64,000 bases of DNA from Zygnema circumcarinatum SAG 698-1b (lineage: Eukaryota > Plantae > Zygnematophyceae): NCBI GenBank assembly GCA_037447605.1, contig CM074809.1, forward strand, positions 124,001-188,000. Reading direction: 5' to 3'. The number at the start of each line of letters is the position of its first letter. Position 1 is the first letter of the stretch. This document shows positions 26,195 through 37,266 of this stretch, one piece after another. The notes under the pieces are model-generated. The model was not told the DNA's origin. It searched no databases and saw nothing but the letters and a program-made list of their open reading frames with translations. Position numbers and translations under genes: made by a program.

Positions 26195-27889
26195 ATGACG
26201 GGTGGGCAGCAGCAGCACGGCCCCCTGCTGGCCTTTATCGGTGGCATCGGGTTGACCCTCCTCGCGCTGGACCTCGTGCAGCGCAACGCCGGGTTGACCT
26301 CGCCGCTGGACCTCACCCTGCCGTCGTGGAAGATAGGTAAAGGGTGGATCTGCATTTATCTAGCGGCGGACCAGATCAACCGGAATAGTTCATGATCGAG
26401 AAGGCCCATATTTTCCTGCACTGCATTTTGGGTCCTCCTGTCTTCCTGTTTCCCAACCATTTCCCTCGCTTCTGCCCTCTCTCTCTGCTCTCCCTCTCTC
26501 TCCCGATGTCATCCCTTCTCTCCCTCTCCTCCTCTCCCCCTTTCTCTCTCTGTCCCTCCCCATCCTCCACCCCCTCTCTCACTCTCTGTCCCCGCCATCC
26601 TCCTCTCCTCCTCTCTCTCTGTCCCCCCCATCCTCCTCTCCCCCTCTCTCCCCCCCCCATCCTTCTCTCTCCCACTCTCTCTGTTCCCCCCATCCTCCTC
26701 TCCCCCTCTCTCTCTGTGTCCCCCCCATCCTTCTCTATCCCTCTCTCTGTATCCCCCCATCCTCCTCTCCCCCTATCCTCCTCTCCCCCCATCTCTCTCT
26801 GTCCCCCCCCAATCCTCCTCTTCCCCTCTCTCTCTCTGTCCCCCCCCATCCTCCTCTCCCCCCATCTCTCTCTGCCCCCTCCCCAATCCTCCTCTTCCCC
26901 TCTCTCTCTCTGTCCCCCCCCATCCTCCTCTCCCCCCATCTCTCTCTGCCCCCTCCCCAATCCTCCTCTTCCCCTCTCTCTCTCTCTGTCCCCCCCCCAT
27001 CCTCCTCTCCTCCACTCCTCTCTGTTCCTCTTGTCCCCCTTCCTTCATCCTCCCGCCCTTTAACCCTACCGGCTCACCCTGTCCTCCGAATCAGAATGTT
27101 AAACTTCAATCCGGCAAGTTGTCATTTCGATGTACTCTCAGACTCCATGTGGCGATTCTGATGCCTCAGTTTCTGCGTTCCGGTGACGCCGGTAACTTTG
27201 CGAGCAGGCTTTCCATGTCACGACTGGCTGCCGCCCAAAACCAGCGACGGGAACGGCTGGGACGCGGGCGTCAAGGTGCGCCTTGTGACCCTCTTCATGC
27301 AGCATAAAGGAAAAATAAAGTAACACAGTAATTAAGCACATATAAATGGACGAAAATTTTAGCAGTTCATCGGTCTCTCAATTCCTTCAACATGAAGTCC
27401 GTTCTAGTTCCACCACCCGTTCCATGTGTAGTATGTAGCCCTGTGCTCCGTTTTACTGCCATTCGATCTGTTGAACTGCCAGTAGTTGTGCTGACGAGCA
27501 GCCAGTCCCGTGGTGCCACGTGGCGGCAGCTCGTCCCCCGGGCCGCCAAGTGCAAAGTGCGCGGGTTCGCGATCGAGGAGTTGGACCCGGCGCTGTTCTT
27601 CCGGCGGTCGTACGGATTAGGGTTCACGAACTCGGCGGAGAGCCGGGACCACCTGCTGTCGTACTTTAGGGCGGCGCAGGACGACACGCTCAATGCGCCG
27701 TAGGTTGTTGCTGCTCGAGCTCGAACAGAGAGAAAAGGGAGGGTGGAAAGCTAAAGGGGGCTCAGACCAGAAGTAGAAGAAGAACAAGAAGAAGGGGAAG
27801 AAGAAGAAGGAGGAGAAGAGGAGGAAGAAGAAGAGGAAGAAGACGAAGCGGAAAAAGGGGAAGACGAAGAAGGAGAAGAGAAAGGAGGA

Positions 27890-27924
<35 letters not shown>

Positions 27925-29523
27925 AGAAGAAGAAGAAGAAGAAGAAGAAGAAGAAGAAGAAGAAGAAGAAGGAGAAGAAGGGGAAGAAGGGGAAGAAGAA
28001 GGAGAAGGGGAAGAAGAAGGAGAAGGAGAAGAAAAAGAAGGAGAAGAGGAAGAAGAAGAAGGGGAAGAAGTAGAGGAAGAAGACGAAGAGGAAGAAAAAG
28101 TAGAGGAAGAAGAAGAAGGAGAAGAAGGGGAAGAAGAAGGGGAAGGAGAAGAAGGGGAAGAAGAAGAAGAAGAGGACGAAGGAAAAGTAGAAGGGGTGGA
28201 AGAAGAGAAGGAGAAGAAGAAGAATGGTTGGAGTTTGAAAGGTCAGAAGGTGTTTTTTTTTTCAAGTTATGTTGTTTGACTCTGTGTTGGGTCTGGCTGA
28301 TGTGCAAGCAGGAAAAGGAGGGTCTATTTGGATTTAGGCGGACAGTTTTTTGACTCGAGCTTGGTTTGGTTTGTGCGCTATTACCCGGTCGACTTCACAG
28401 AGTATTATGTTTTCGAACCGGACAGACCGTTGTTCCAAATTCCTGGAAAGCATGACCCTGCGGAGGTGAGCTGCGCTCCCTCCACCTCCTGCATTGCTCG
28501 ATTGACTCACTTTGACTGGCTGTATAGTAATCACCTGGAGACCTTCCTTACCTTTCCCCTTGTCTCTCTCCCTTTCCTCTTTATCCTCCCTCTCCCATAC
28601 CATCTTCCTTCCTTCCTCGTCCTCTCCATCTCCCTCGTTTCATTAACTGAATCTCCTCCCCACCCCCTCGCCTCTCCCTTCCCTCTCCCTCTCCTTTCCC
28701 TCTCCCTCTCCTTCATATACTCGCCGTTAAAAAAAAATCCTTTGTCCTGTGCTGGCCCGGACCTGTGTTGAGGATGTCAGGAAGCGTTTCTTAACGACCC
28801 TAATATTGACCGCGTACGACCGGAGTTAAACCCCGTCCCTATCACAAATGACATACTCGACAGAATAAAGCTTTACAACGTGTACGCGTCCAACCATGAC
28901 GAACCAGTAAGTGTTGGGGAAAGAAAACAGGCAAATCTTGCCATATGCTTCCTTCAGTTTCTTTTTGTTTTTTCCCCAATTTTTCTGCATTCAAATGTTT
29001 GCAGCAGCGATCTTTTAATCAAAGGGCCCATTCCTCCTGTCAGGGGATATGGAACATCACCCGCTTCATTAAGGACGAGTTGAAGCTGAAAGCGGAGGAT
29101 ACTCTGATTGTGAAGATGGACATAGAAGGCGCGGAATATGACATTTTGAGAGGTGAGGATGTGCGGCTTAAAGATATCAAATTAGTGAGTTAAAAAATAC
29201 ATGTTTTTTTAGGACTTCAACGCAGACTTCGACGCTTGCGGTCATGACCTCCTCCTCATCGCCAGAGTTTTCACTTGCAACTTGAGTTCGCAAACTTGCC
29301 ATTGTTGGTTTATTTTTTTAATCCAAAATCGGATTGTGCAGATTGGCTCAAGGACCCGTCTATGGCTGACATTGTCGACGAGCTGTTCGTGGAAATTCAC
29401 TACAACCACCCCTCTATGATCATTCATAACTGGGACAAATTTGCTCCGCATACTTTGGAGGAGGCCACGCAGCTGTTCGTTGACCTTCGCAAGGCCGGAT
29501 TCTTTGTGCATACATGGCCGTGA
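26195..29523 (+). CDS. FkbM/Methyltransf_21-like SAM-dependent methyltransferase, signal-anchored; paralog 1
   Basis: N-terminal anchor PLLAFIGGIGLTLLALDLV, then KRRVYLDLGGQFFDSSLVWFVRYYP...YYVFEPD, WNITRFIK...LIVKMDIEGAEYDILR|DWL...DIVDELFVEIHY...FFVHTWP*. Motifs YLDLG, KMDIEGAEY and DELFVEIHY fit the FkbM-like fold. Junction phases are consistent. Confidence 0.88.
26470..27060. repeat. Pyrimidine-rich degenerate minisatellite (about 30-35 bp unit CATCCTCCTCT...CTCTCTGTCCCCC) in methyltransferase 1 intron 1
   Basis: catcctcctct and ctctgtccccc blocks recur many times over about 590 bp. Confidence 0.75.
27775..28225 (+). repeat. GAA-based purine tract with a perfect (GAA)23 core at 27902-27970
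   Basis: Read directly; lies within the 612-bp intron 27700-28311 of methyltransferase paralog 1. Confidence 0.92.
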
Positions 29524-31191
29524 CCAGGGCGGAGATGGAGAGAAGGAAAAGTAGTGATGGAGGGAGAAGGAGAGGGGGAGGCGGGAGGCTCAGAGTTAGA
29601 GGGAGAGAAAGCAAGGGGCAGAGACAGAGAGGGAAGGGAGTTGGGAAATGGGGGATTGGCAGAGTGGAAGGAAGCTCTATGTATTCCAGGAGGTCCTAAA
29701 CAAAGGACACGTGTCTCTCCAGCGCTCACGCGTTCACTCTCAGTGCCATGCCTCCATCTCTGCACTCACTCAAAGCTTTAGCTCTGAGTCCTTGTACCTC
29801 CTCCTTTCAGGGGTTCATTGAAACATTATTTGCGAAGGGGGCAGAGAGATAGGGAGAGAAAGAAAGAGAGGAGTGAGAGAGAGAACGAGAGAGCGAGGGA
29901 GAGAGAGAGAGAGGGAGAGAGAGAAAAATATAGTGAGAGGGTGAGGGGTTGGGAGAAAGTAATGGTGCTTTGTAGTCACTAGCTTGTCAACATTCTACGG
30001 ATTTTTTCGTTTGAAGTCAAATGGACGAGATGGTTATGAATCTGGTCTTGGCCGGCCTTGGAAATTGTGATTGGCTGAGGCTTGACGAGAATGACTGCAG
30101 TCGATTGTAGAATACGCCAAAACCCCTCTCAGGAGGTTTGTCGCTTATTGCAGGTCCGACACCTCGCTGACGTCTCATGGCGCGTGTGAAAGGTTTGGGG
30201 TTGGCGAGGTCGCTGCAAGGAGGCCGTTGGGAATTGGGTCGGGCAGCACTGGTCAAAGGGGGCAAATCATTCTTCGCCACGTGTCGATTAGGAGATTGCT
30301 GTGTAACAAAGCGTTTGCTAAACGTGGTGCTCTCCCTACCTCCCTACCTCCCTCCCCTCACTCCCTCACTCATCCCCTGCCTCCCTCCCTGCCTCCCTAC
30401 CTCCCTCCCTCCCCTCCTATCCTTTCCTTTCCTACCTCCGAGCACGCCCCCTCCCTGAGCCATGGCGGCGACCTGCCGCGCCCTCTGTCGCCGTCGCCGC
30501 CCAGCCACGAACCGTCGCTCTCACGCTGCCTTTGTCCATCGGCCAATCAGATAATTCCACGTAGGCCAAAGATTTAAAAGTTTTTTTTGGCCAATCACAG
30601 CCCTTGTCTTCATCCGACGTGGCTGTCACATCACGCTGGCGACCGAAGTGACTCTGAACCAATGCGAAGTTGTACTGTAGCGCAAAAGCCGCATCCGCCA
30701 CGTGTACAAGTGACACTTGGAGTGCGCCACGTGGCGATTCCACTGTGTTCCAGATGGACTGCGATGTGCCGTTAGGCGCAGCGGCGGCCGTACAATCGAC
30801 CAGCGGCAGCGAGGGAGACTGCGAGGGAGAGGGAGAGGGCGAGAGAGGGCGAGAGAGGGCGAGTGAGAGGGAGAGGGAGAGGGAGAGAGAGGGAGAGGGA
30901 GAGGGAGAGGGAGAGGGAGAGGGAGAGGNNNNNNNNNNAGGGAGAGGGAGAGGGAGAGGGAGAGGGCGAGGGAGAGGGAAAGGGGGAGGGAAAGGGAAAG
31001 GGAGAGGGTGAGGGAGAGGGAGTGGAGAGGGCCTAAGATTAAGAGGAGAGTAGGAAGCGAAGGGGGGAAGTTTCAGTGATAGCGGGAGTGGGAGTGGAAT
31101 AGGATGGAGAGAGGCCGAGATTAATAGTGAAAAAAGAGATAGGGAGAGAGAGCAGGAGTGAGCGGGAGAGAGTACGAAAGCGGGAGAGAGC

Positions 31192-33895
31192 ATGTTGTTT
31201 GGGAGGAAATGCCTTCCCCTGTGGACCTTCGTCGCTGGCATCGGCTTCACCCTCCTCGCGATGGACCAGGTGCGGCGCACCGGCGACCTAACCTCTCCGC
31301 TGGACGGCCCGCCATTGCTTACGGGTAAAAGGTGGATCTGCCTTATCTAACTGCCGAGTAGTCCAACCGAGTAGTTCATAATTGAAGGCAGCCGGCATTG
31401 CCCTGCATTGCATTTGGGGTCCACCTGTCATTCTTTGTTCCCTCCCTCTCTGCTCTCTCCTCTCTCCCACTTCGTCTCCCTTTACGTTCTCTTTCCTCTC
31501 CCTGTCCCTCTCTTCCTTTTAGTTCTCGCCCCTTCTCTCACTCTTTGCCTCCCTCTTTCTCTCTCCCTTCCTCTTGATATCTCCCTAATTATCTGACCTT
31601 CTCTGTCTTCCTCTCTTTACCTTTCTCTCTCTGCGTCTCCTCTCCGTTCGCTTTTTCTCGTTCTCCTCTCCACTCTCCCGTTTAGACTTCTTTCAAACGC
31701 TACAAGCCCTGCCTGCTTCCGAATCAGATCAATGACAGCAAATCTGCGCGCAGGCTTTCCATGTAATGATTGGCTGCGACCCGAAATCAGCGATGGGGAC
31801 TCGTGGGATGCAGGCGTAAAGGTGTGCTTTATACGCCTCTTAATGCAAAACAAACATACAGCAGTTAAATAAAATAAACATTAAGAAAAGGTGGAACGAG
31901 AAATGCTCGCCCTCATGCTTTCTCTTCGCTTTTGTTTCATAAGAGCACGAAATTTTGGATCAGTGCGGCCAACAATGCACAGACAATGAATAGATTGATA
32001 ATGACGATGATCCAAATAAGCTCTTGTTTCCTGCAAGAAAAAAAAAAAAAAAAAAGAAAGGCAGTGCTGTCCTCCTTCCCGCACATTTCTGCACAGAGGG
32101 TTTATGCCTGCAAGACAAAGTCAACTCCCAAACCTTTTAGTTATACTTCTCCACCATTGCTTTGCTCTCAAGAAAACCCTTTTGAGCTTTATACATGACA
32201 AGAAGAATCGAGACCATCCTAGTTCTATCGTTGTGATTTGGATCTATGCGGCTTTGAGCGCGTTCCATGTGAAGCGTAGTCCTCCGTTTAACGGGTGTTC
32301 TATGCCACGTGGCAGCTTGTAGCGCGGCCTGCCAGGTGTCCCGTGCGGGGGTTCGCGATCGAAGAGTTGGACCCCTACTGCCACTTCCGCCGTACCTACG
32401 CGTACGGCTTCGACCGCTCGCCGGAAGGAAGGACCCATTTTTTGTCGTATTTTCGCGCGGCACAGGACAGAAATTTGCATACCAGGTAAGCTGCTTGCTA
32501 AGATGAGGACAAGCAAAGGAACAAAAGGAAAAAATGAACTGTTTCAGGTTTAAGGTGGACGGCATATGGTTGTTTGAACTTTGAAAAGGCAAGAAGGAAG
32601 TTATTGTGAATGCTTCTGAGGATGTTTTTCGACTCTCCCTCTGTTGGGTTTGCCTCGTGCCCAAGCAGGAAAAGGAGGGTCTATTTGGATTTAGGCGGAC
32701 GCTTTTTTGATTCGAGCTTGGTTTGGTTTATGCGCATTTACCCGCTCGACTTCACAGAGTATTATGTTTTTGAAGCTGATAGTTCATTGTTCGAAATTCC
32801 TCCAAACCATGATCCTGCGGAGGTGAGCTACACTGCCTTCACCTGCTGTACTCGATTGACTCACTTTGACTTTATTGACTCAATCGGAAGTGTGTTTTTG
32901 GCATGAGTGAATTGTTCCCGTCCTCTCTCCCACACACACGCGCACCTTCTCTGTTTGCCCTCCTGCTCACTTTCCTTCCCTACTTCCGTTCTTCTCTCTC
33001 TTTCCTCGTTTCCCTCCCTCTCCGACAACCTCTCACTCCCCCTAGTTTTCCCTTCTTTCTCTCCGTCCTCCTCGTTTCACCAACTACATCTCCCCCCCTC
33101 TCCCTTCCCTCTCCCACTCCTTCATACATACTCATCTTTTAAAAACCTTCGTCGCTCGGTTTCCTGTGTTGAGAACGTCAGGAAGTGCTATATGACAATC
33201 CTAAATTGGATCTCAAGCGGCCGGTGGGACGGCCGGTCCCTGTCACAAATAACATCCTCAATAGAGTGAAGGTGTACAATGTGTTCGTGTCGAATCGTGA
33301 CGGAGAAGTAGAGTATCGCGGAAAAAAAACGGTAAATCCCTTGATATCCTTGTAAAGTGTTTTCTCTGCACTGACATCTTTGCAGTGAAGTATAATCAAA
33401 CCGGCCATTCCTGCATGGCAGGAGTCGTGGAACATCACCCGCTTCATCAAGGAGCAGTTGGAGCTGACGGCGGGCGATACGCTGGTTGTGAAGATGGACA
33501 TAGAAGGCGCGGAATACGACATTTTGAGAGGTGAGGATGTGCGGGTTTGAAGGGTGGAGAAGCAGAAAGGAACACGTTTGGAGATCAAATTAGGTTACTT
33601 AATCAGAATTTCTGGATTTTTGTGCACACTGTATCTGTAGGAACATGGTCTCCTCAGTGCCAAGCAATTGCTTACATTGGTTCAATTGTTGGGTCCAAAA
33701 CTCGATCGTGCAGATTGGCTTGCGGATGCATCCATGGCTGACATTGTCGACGAGCTATTTGTGGAAATACACTACAAGCATCCGGGGATGTCAAATCATC
33801 ACTGGGACAATTTTGCGCCGCACACTTTGGAGGAAGCCACGCAGCTGTTCGTTGACCTTCGCAAGGCCGGATTCTTTGTGCATGCTTGGCCGTGA
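31192..33895 (+). CDS. FkbM-like signal-anchored methyltransferase; paralog 2
   Basis: MLFGRKCLPLWTFVAGIGFTLLAMDQV..., FPCNDWLRPE...WDAGVK|LVARPARCPVRGFAIEELDP...|KRRVYLDLGGRFFDSS..., ESWNITRF...KMDIEGAEYDILR|DWLAD...DELFVEIHY...FFVHAWP* (stop 33893-33895). Confidence 0.88.
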
Positions 33896-34471
33896 CCAGG
33901 GCCTGAGGATGGAGAGGAGTTGGAGGGATGGAGAGAAACGGAGAGGGGATGCTTGGGAGAGGGAGAGGGAGAGGGAGAGGGAGAGGGAGAGGGAGAGGGA
34001 GAGGGAGAGGGAGAGAGAAAAGGGTTGCGGAACGGGAGATGTGGAGAATTTGGTTTTGAAGTCTTTTTTCAGGTTCCCTTCTAGATGTTCACGGTAGTAT
34101 GTTGAGCAGCATGCGTGTACTTTCTGGGTACAATTACCTCGGATGTACGCGATGAAGGGTACTATTCTGAATAATGTGAGCAACTTAACGTGAACAAAGT
34201 AAACAAGAGACTATTTTGTGCTATGAGTGAGCAAAACATCCTGGAACAGAGGCCTCTATGCTCCAGAATCAGTAAACGAATTTTGGCATTGACCTCAAGC
34301 ACAGGGAACATAAACAGAACGGTTTCCTTCACAATCAGTAAGTCTACTTTACAGCTTTTATGGCACGTCGATGGAGCTACCAAAATACAAGAATCTAATA
34401 CAAAAGAAAAAAAACACGAATAGGACCAACAAAAGGAAATCAAAGGGGAATAGGGGAAGAAACAGATCTCC

Positions 34472-35189
34472 TCACTCCCTGGTTGCCTCCTCTCCCTCTG
34501 TTGCTCCATCCACCTCTATGTCCACTTCTGCTCTTACTTTTCGAACTATTCGATGTTGACTGGATCTCTGCCGCAGCCTCACTCTACCTCTACCTTCCTG
34601 ACTCCCTACCTCTCTCCCTCCCTCGCTCTCTCCCTCTCCTCCCCTCTCCCCCCTTTCTTCCATCCATGAATGCCCCCTTAACAGCTGACTTGATGCCATT
34701 CCTTCGTTGCTAAGCTCTCCCTCCCTCCCTCCCATGCTGCTTGCTGCGTCCTCCAACTGTTCATGTGTGCTGAGATTTTCATGTTTGTTTGCAATAGTTC
34801 CTGTTCCATGTCGCGCACGGATCTGGCGTTCCGTAGAATCCAGTTGCGGCCCTATTCCCCCCTGACAACTAGAAAGCTGCCTTTGAAGTTCCTCCACCAT
34901 TCTAGTCAACCGCTCCTTCTCATCATTTAACTCTTTCATCTCCCACTTCAGGTCGATAATTATCTGCAAAAAATCCTAAATCTAGGTCAGGGATGACTCT
35001 GAACCCTCGACATTGGACCCTAAACCTAATTCGTGCATCCAGAAACCCAAATACTCTAGAAACTCAGACAGCCATGAGGCACACACACGAGAGGGACAGC
35101 GACAAAGCGACTGTTGAGAGAGAGAGAGTCTTAGAGAGCAAGAGAGTCCTAGAGATAGTGAGTCGTAAAACGAGCCGGCTCAGGGAAGG

Positions 35190-35279
<90 letters not shown>

Positions 35280-35424
35280 TCTCCTTGATGTTCTCGCGGT
35301 GCGCCTCGAGGCGCGTGGGCAGTGCCTGCGCGGCCTCGTGCTGCGACCTCGCTGCGCGCCAATCGCTCTGCGACGTGAGGAAGAGAAGAAGGAGGACCAG
35401 CGCCGCCGCGCCCGCGCGCGACAT
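34472..35424 (-). CDS. Small single-pass/signal-anchored coiled-coil protein of unknown function
   Basis: Exon 35424-35278 (MSRAGAAALVLLLLFLTSQSDW...ENIKEK) joins in phase to 34963 onward (IIIDLKWEMKELNDEKERLTRMVEELQRQLSSCQG...). The layout recalls an uncharacterised land-plant family (hydrophobic segment-SQxxW...KEKII...coiled coil-C), from memory only. The C-terminal end is uncertain. Confidence 0.65.
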
Positions 35425-35486
35425 CCCGCCGCCCCCCGCCCTGATTGGTTCGCATAAGGAGGGAGGAGGGGAGGGGGGGGGGGGGA

Positions 35487-35552
35487 GGGTTCAGGGTCGT
35501 AGGATATAAAGACTAAGGCGGGTTCAGGGTCGTAGGATATAAAGACTAAGGC
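35487..35552. repeat. Perfect 33-bp tandem duplication in an intergenic/promoter region
   Basis: gggttcagggtcgtaggatataaagactaaggc at 35487-35519 and 35520-35552; each copy has a TATAAA. Confidence 0.9.
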
Positions 35553-36440
35553 TTTTAAGGTTCGATGATTTTCAGGGTTTGGAAACTCCCGGGTTCAAGC
35601 GTGTAAGGAGGCTTTCTTGAGAGGGGGGGGAGGAGGGGGGGGGGGGTCGTCGTTAGGGTTTGCAGTGCTTTCAACGACTGACAATATTTCAAACGATAAC
35701 AATGTAGAATATAAAAAATATTCAGGTACTTCATTCTTGGGCATTTCAGAATTCTGGGGGTTTCAGGAATCTCATCGTTTGACGGCTACTTTCACTTGTA
35801 GGGTTTGCAAAGATTTTTAGCATTCTTCATTCTTTCCCATTCCAGAGCCAATAGAGTTTTAGGGTTTCCTGAATAATACGAGTTTCAGCATTAAAATAAT
35901 TGCAGAATATTGAGGTCTTTAAACAATTAGGGGCAAAAAGAAATATACAAACTGCTGAGATTTAGATTTTTCTAAAAAGGTCCACTTATTGCTATATTAA
36001 ATAAACAACCTATGAATGGCTGGTTAACTTCAAAACATATTTATGCTCAAGCTCAGATTATAAATAAACGCATAATAGTATCCTCTCTCACAGCTTCCCC
36101 ATTCACTTTTCCCTCCTCTCCTCTCCTCTCCTCTCCTCTCCTCTCCTACTCTCCTCTCCAGTCTCTCTCTCCCTCTCTCTCTCTTTCCCTCCCTCCCTCT
36201 CCTCCCCTCCCCTTCCTCGCGATTGCAGCACGGCCCCCCAGAACCCCCCCTCCCAGAGCTTACCGCGAGTACCCGCCGGGGTCCAGCGTGCCTCCTCTCA
36301 GTGTCGGGTTTAAGCTCGGGAGCTTCCGCCTTCGGAGACGGACTTAGGATTAGGGTTCAGCTCCGCCCGCCTGCTGTCGCCTGGAGGGGAGGGATTTTAG
36401 GGTTTCCAGAGAGACGCGGCTCTCTCGTCGCATATGTGCC

Positions 36441-36491
36441 GCCATGCCATGCCATGCCATGCCGTGCCGTGCCATGCCATACCATGCCATG
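36441..36491. repeat. (GCCAT)n pentanucleotide microsatellite upstream of the RING gene
   Basis: gccatgccatgccatgccatgccgtgccgtgccatgccataccatgccatg. Confidence 0.85.
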
Positions 36492-37027
36492 TCGTACAGT
36501 GGCTGTCCGTACTGGGCCGTCATGTGAGGCAACGCCTGCACATTGGTCCAATTTCCACGCTGGCAGATCGGACGGCCAAAAATAACCAATGGATGAATTG
36601 ACGGTCCATCCTTTCCGCCGAAGCCTGAAGCCTCGAATTCCCGCAGGGGCGCGCGCCAGGTTGCCAACCGGCCTGCTTCGGTTTCTGGTTTTTAGGGTTC
36701 GGTTTGCGGCTCCTGCTCGGTCGGGGGGGGGGGGGCGCGGAGGCCTGACAGGGACCCCTTTCTCTCTGAAAGTGAAGTTTTAGGGTTTTTAGGGTTTTGA
36801 GGGGCTCGCCCTAACCAGCGATTGATGGAGGAGGCCTCTGCATAGGGGAGGGTTCAAGGCTTAACTAACGGCTAGGGGCTCGGGGGACCATCAGAATGCT
36901 CAGGATTCACTTGCGCCTGGAGGGTTCATAATTCCAAATTGGCAAGTGTTTTGCAAGGCTTCGGGTTTTAAGATTTCGGGCAATGTCGACCGTCAGATAA
37001 GCGCTGCTGCCGCTGTGGGCGCCGTCC

Positions 37028-37230
37028 ATGGCTGCCGCACTGCCCCACGTGGCAGCAGCAGGGCGCCCGCCACCTGCTGCTGCCAGCTGGCAGTGCCCGG
37101 TCTGCTCCTTCGTGAACGAGCCCAGTCCCATGTGCGGCGTTTGCTCGCATTTACGGAATTTCTGCGACGACGACGTGCATGAAACGCGGCCTGTGGAGGA
37201 GAGGGGGCTCCAGCGCAGCCATGGCCATGG

Positions 37231-37266
<36 letters not shown>

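Noticed and set aside
27762-28307. Poly-Leu minus-strand ORF and similar long P/S/L or E/R/G ORFs (26392-27063, 38121-38993, 54779-55654, 59530-60337 etc.)
   Set aside because: These are translations of GAA, CT and GA microsatellites inside introns or UTRs, with no family motifs.
31940-32300. Extra exon in methyltransferase intron 2 (an open frame shared by paralogs 2 and 3)
   Set aside because: Exon 2 (..GVK) joins exon 3 (LV..) in phase without it, paralog 1 lacks an equivalent, and the shared frame is explained by recent duplication.
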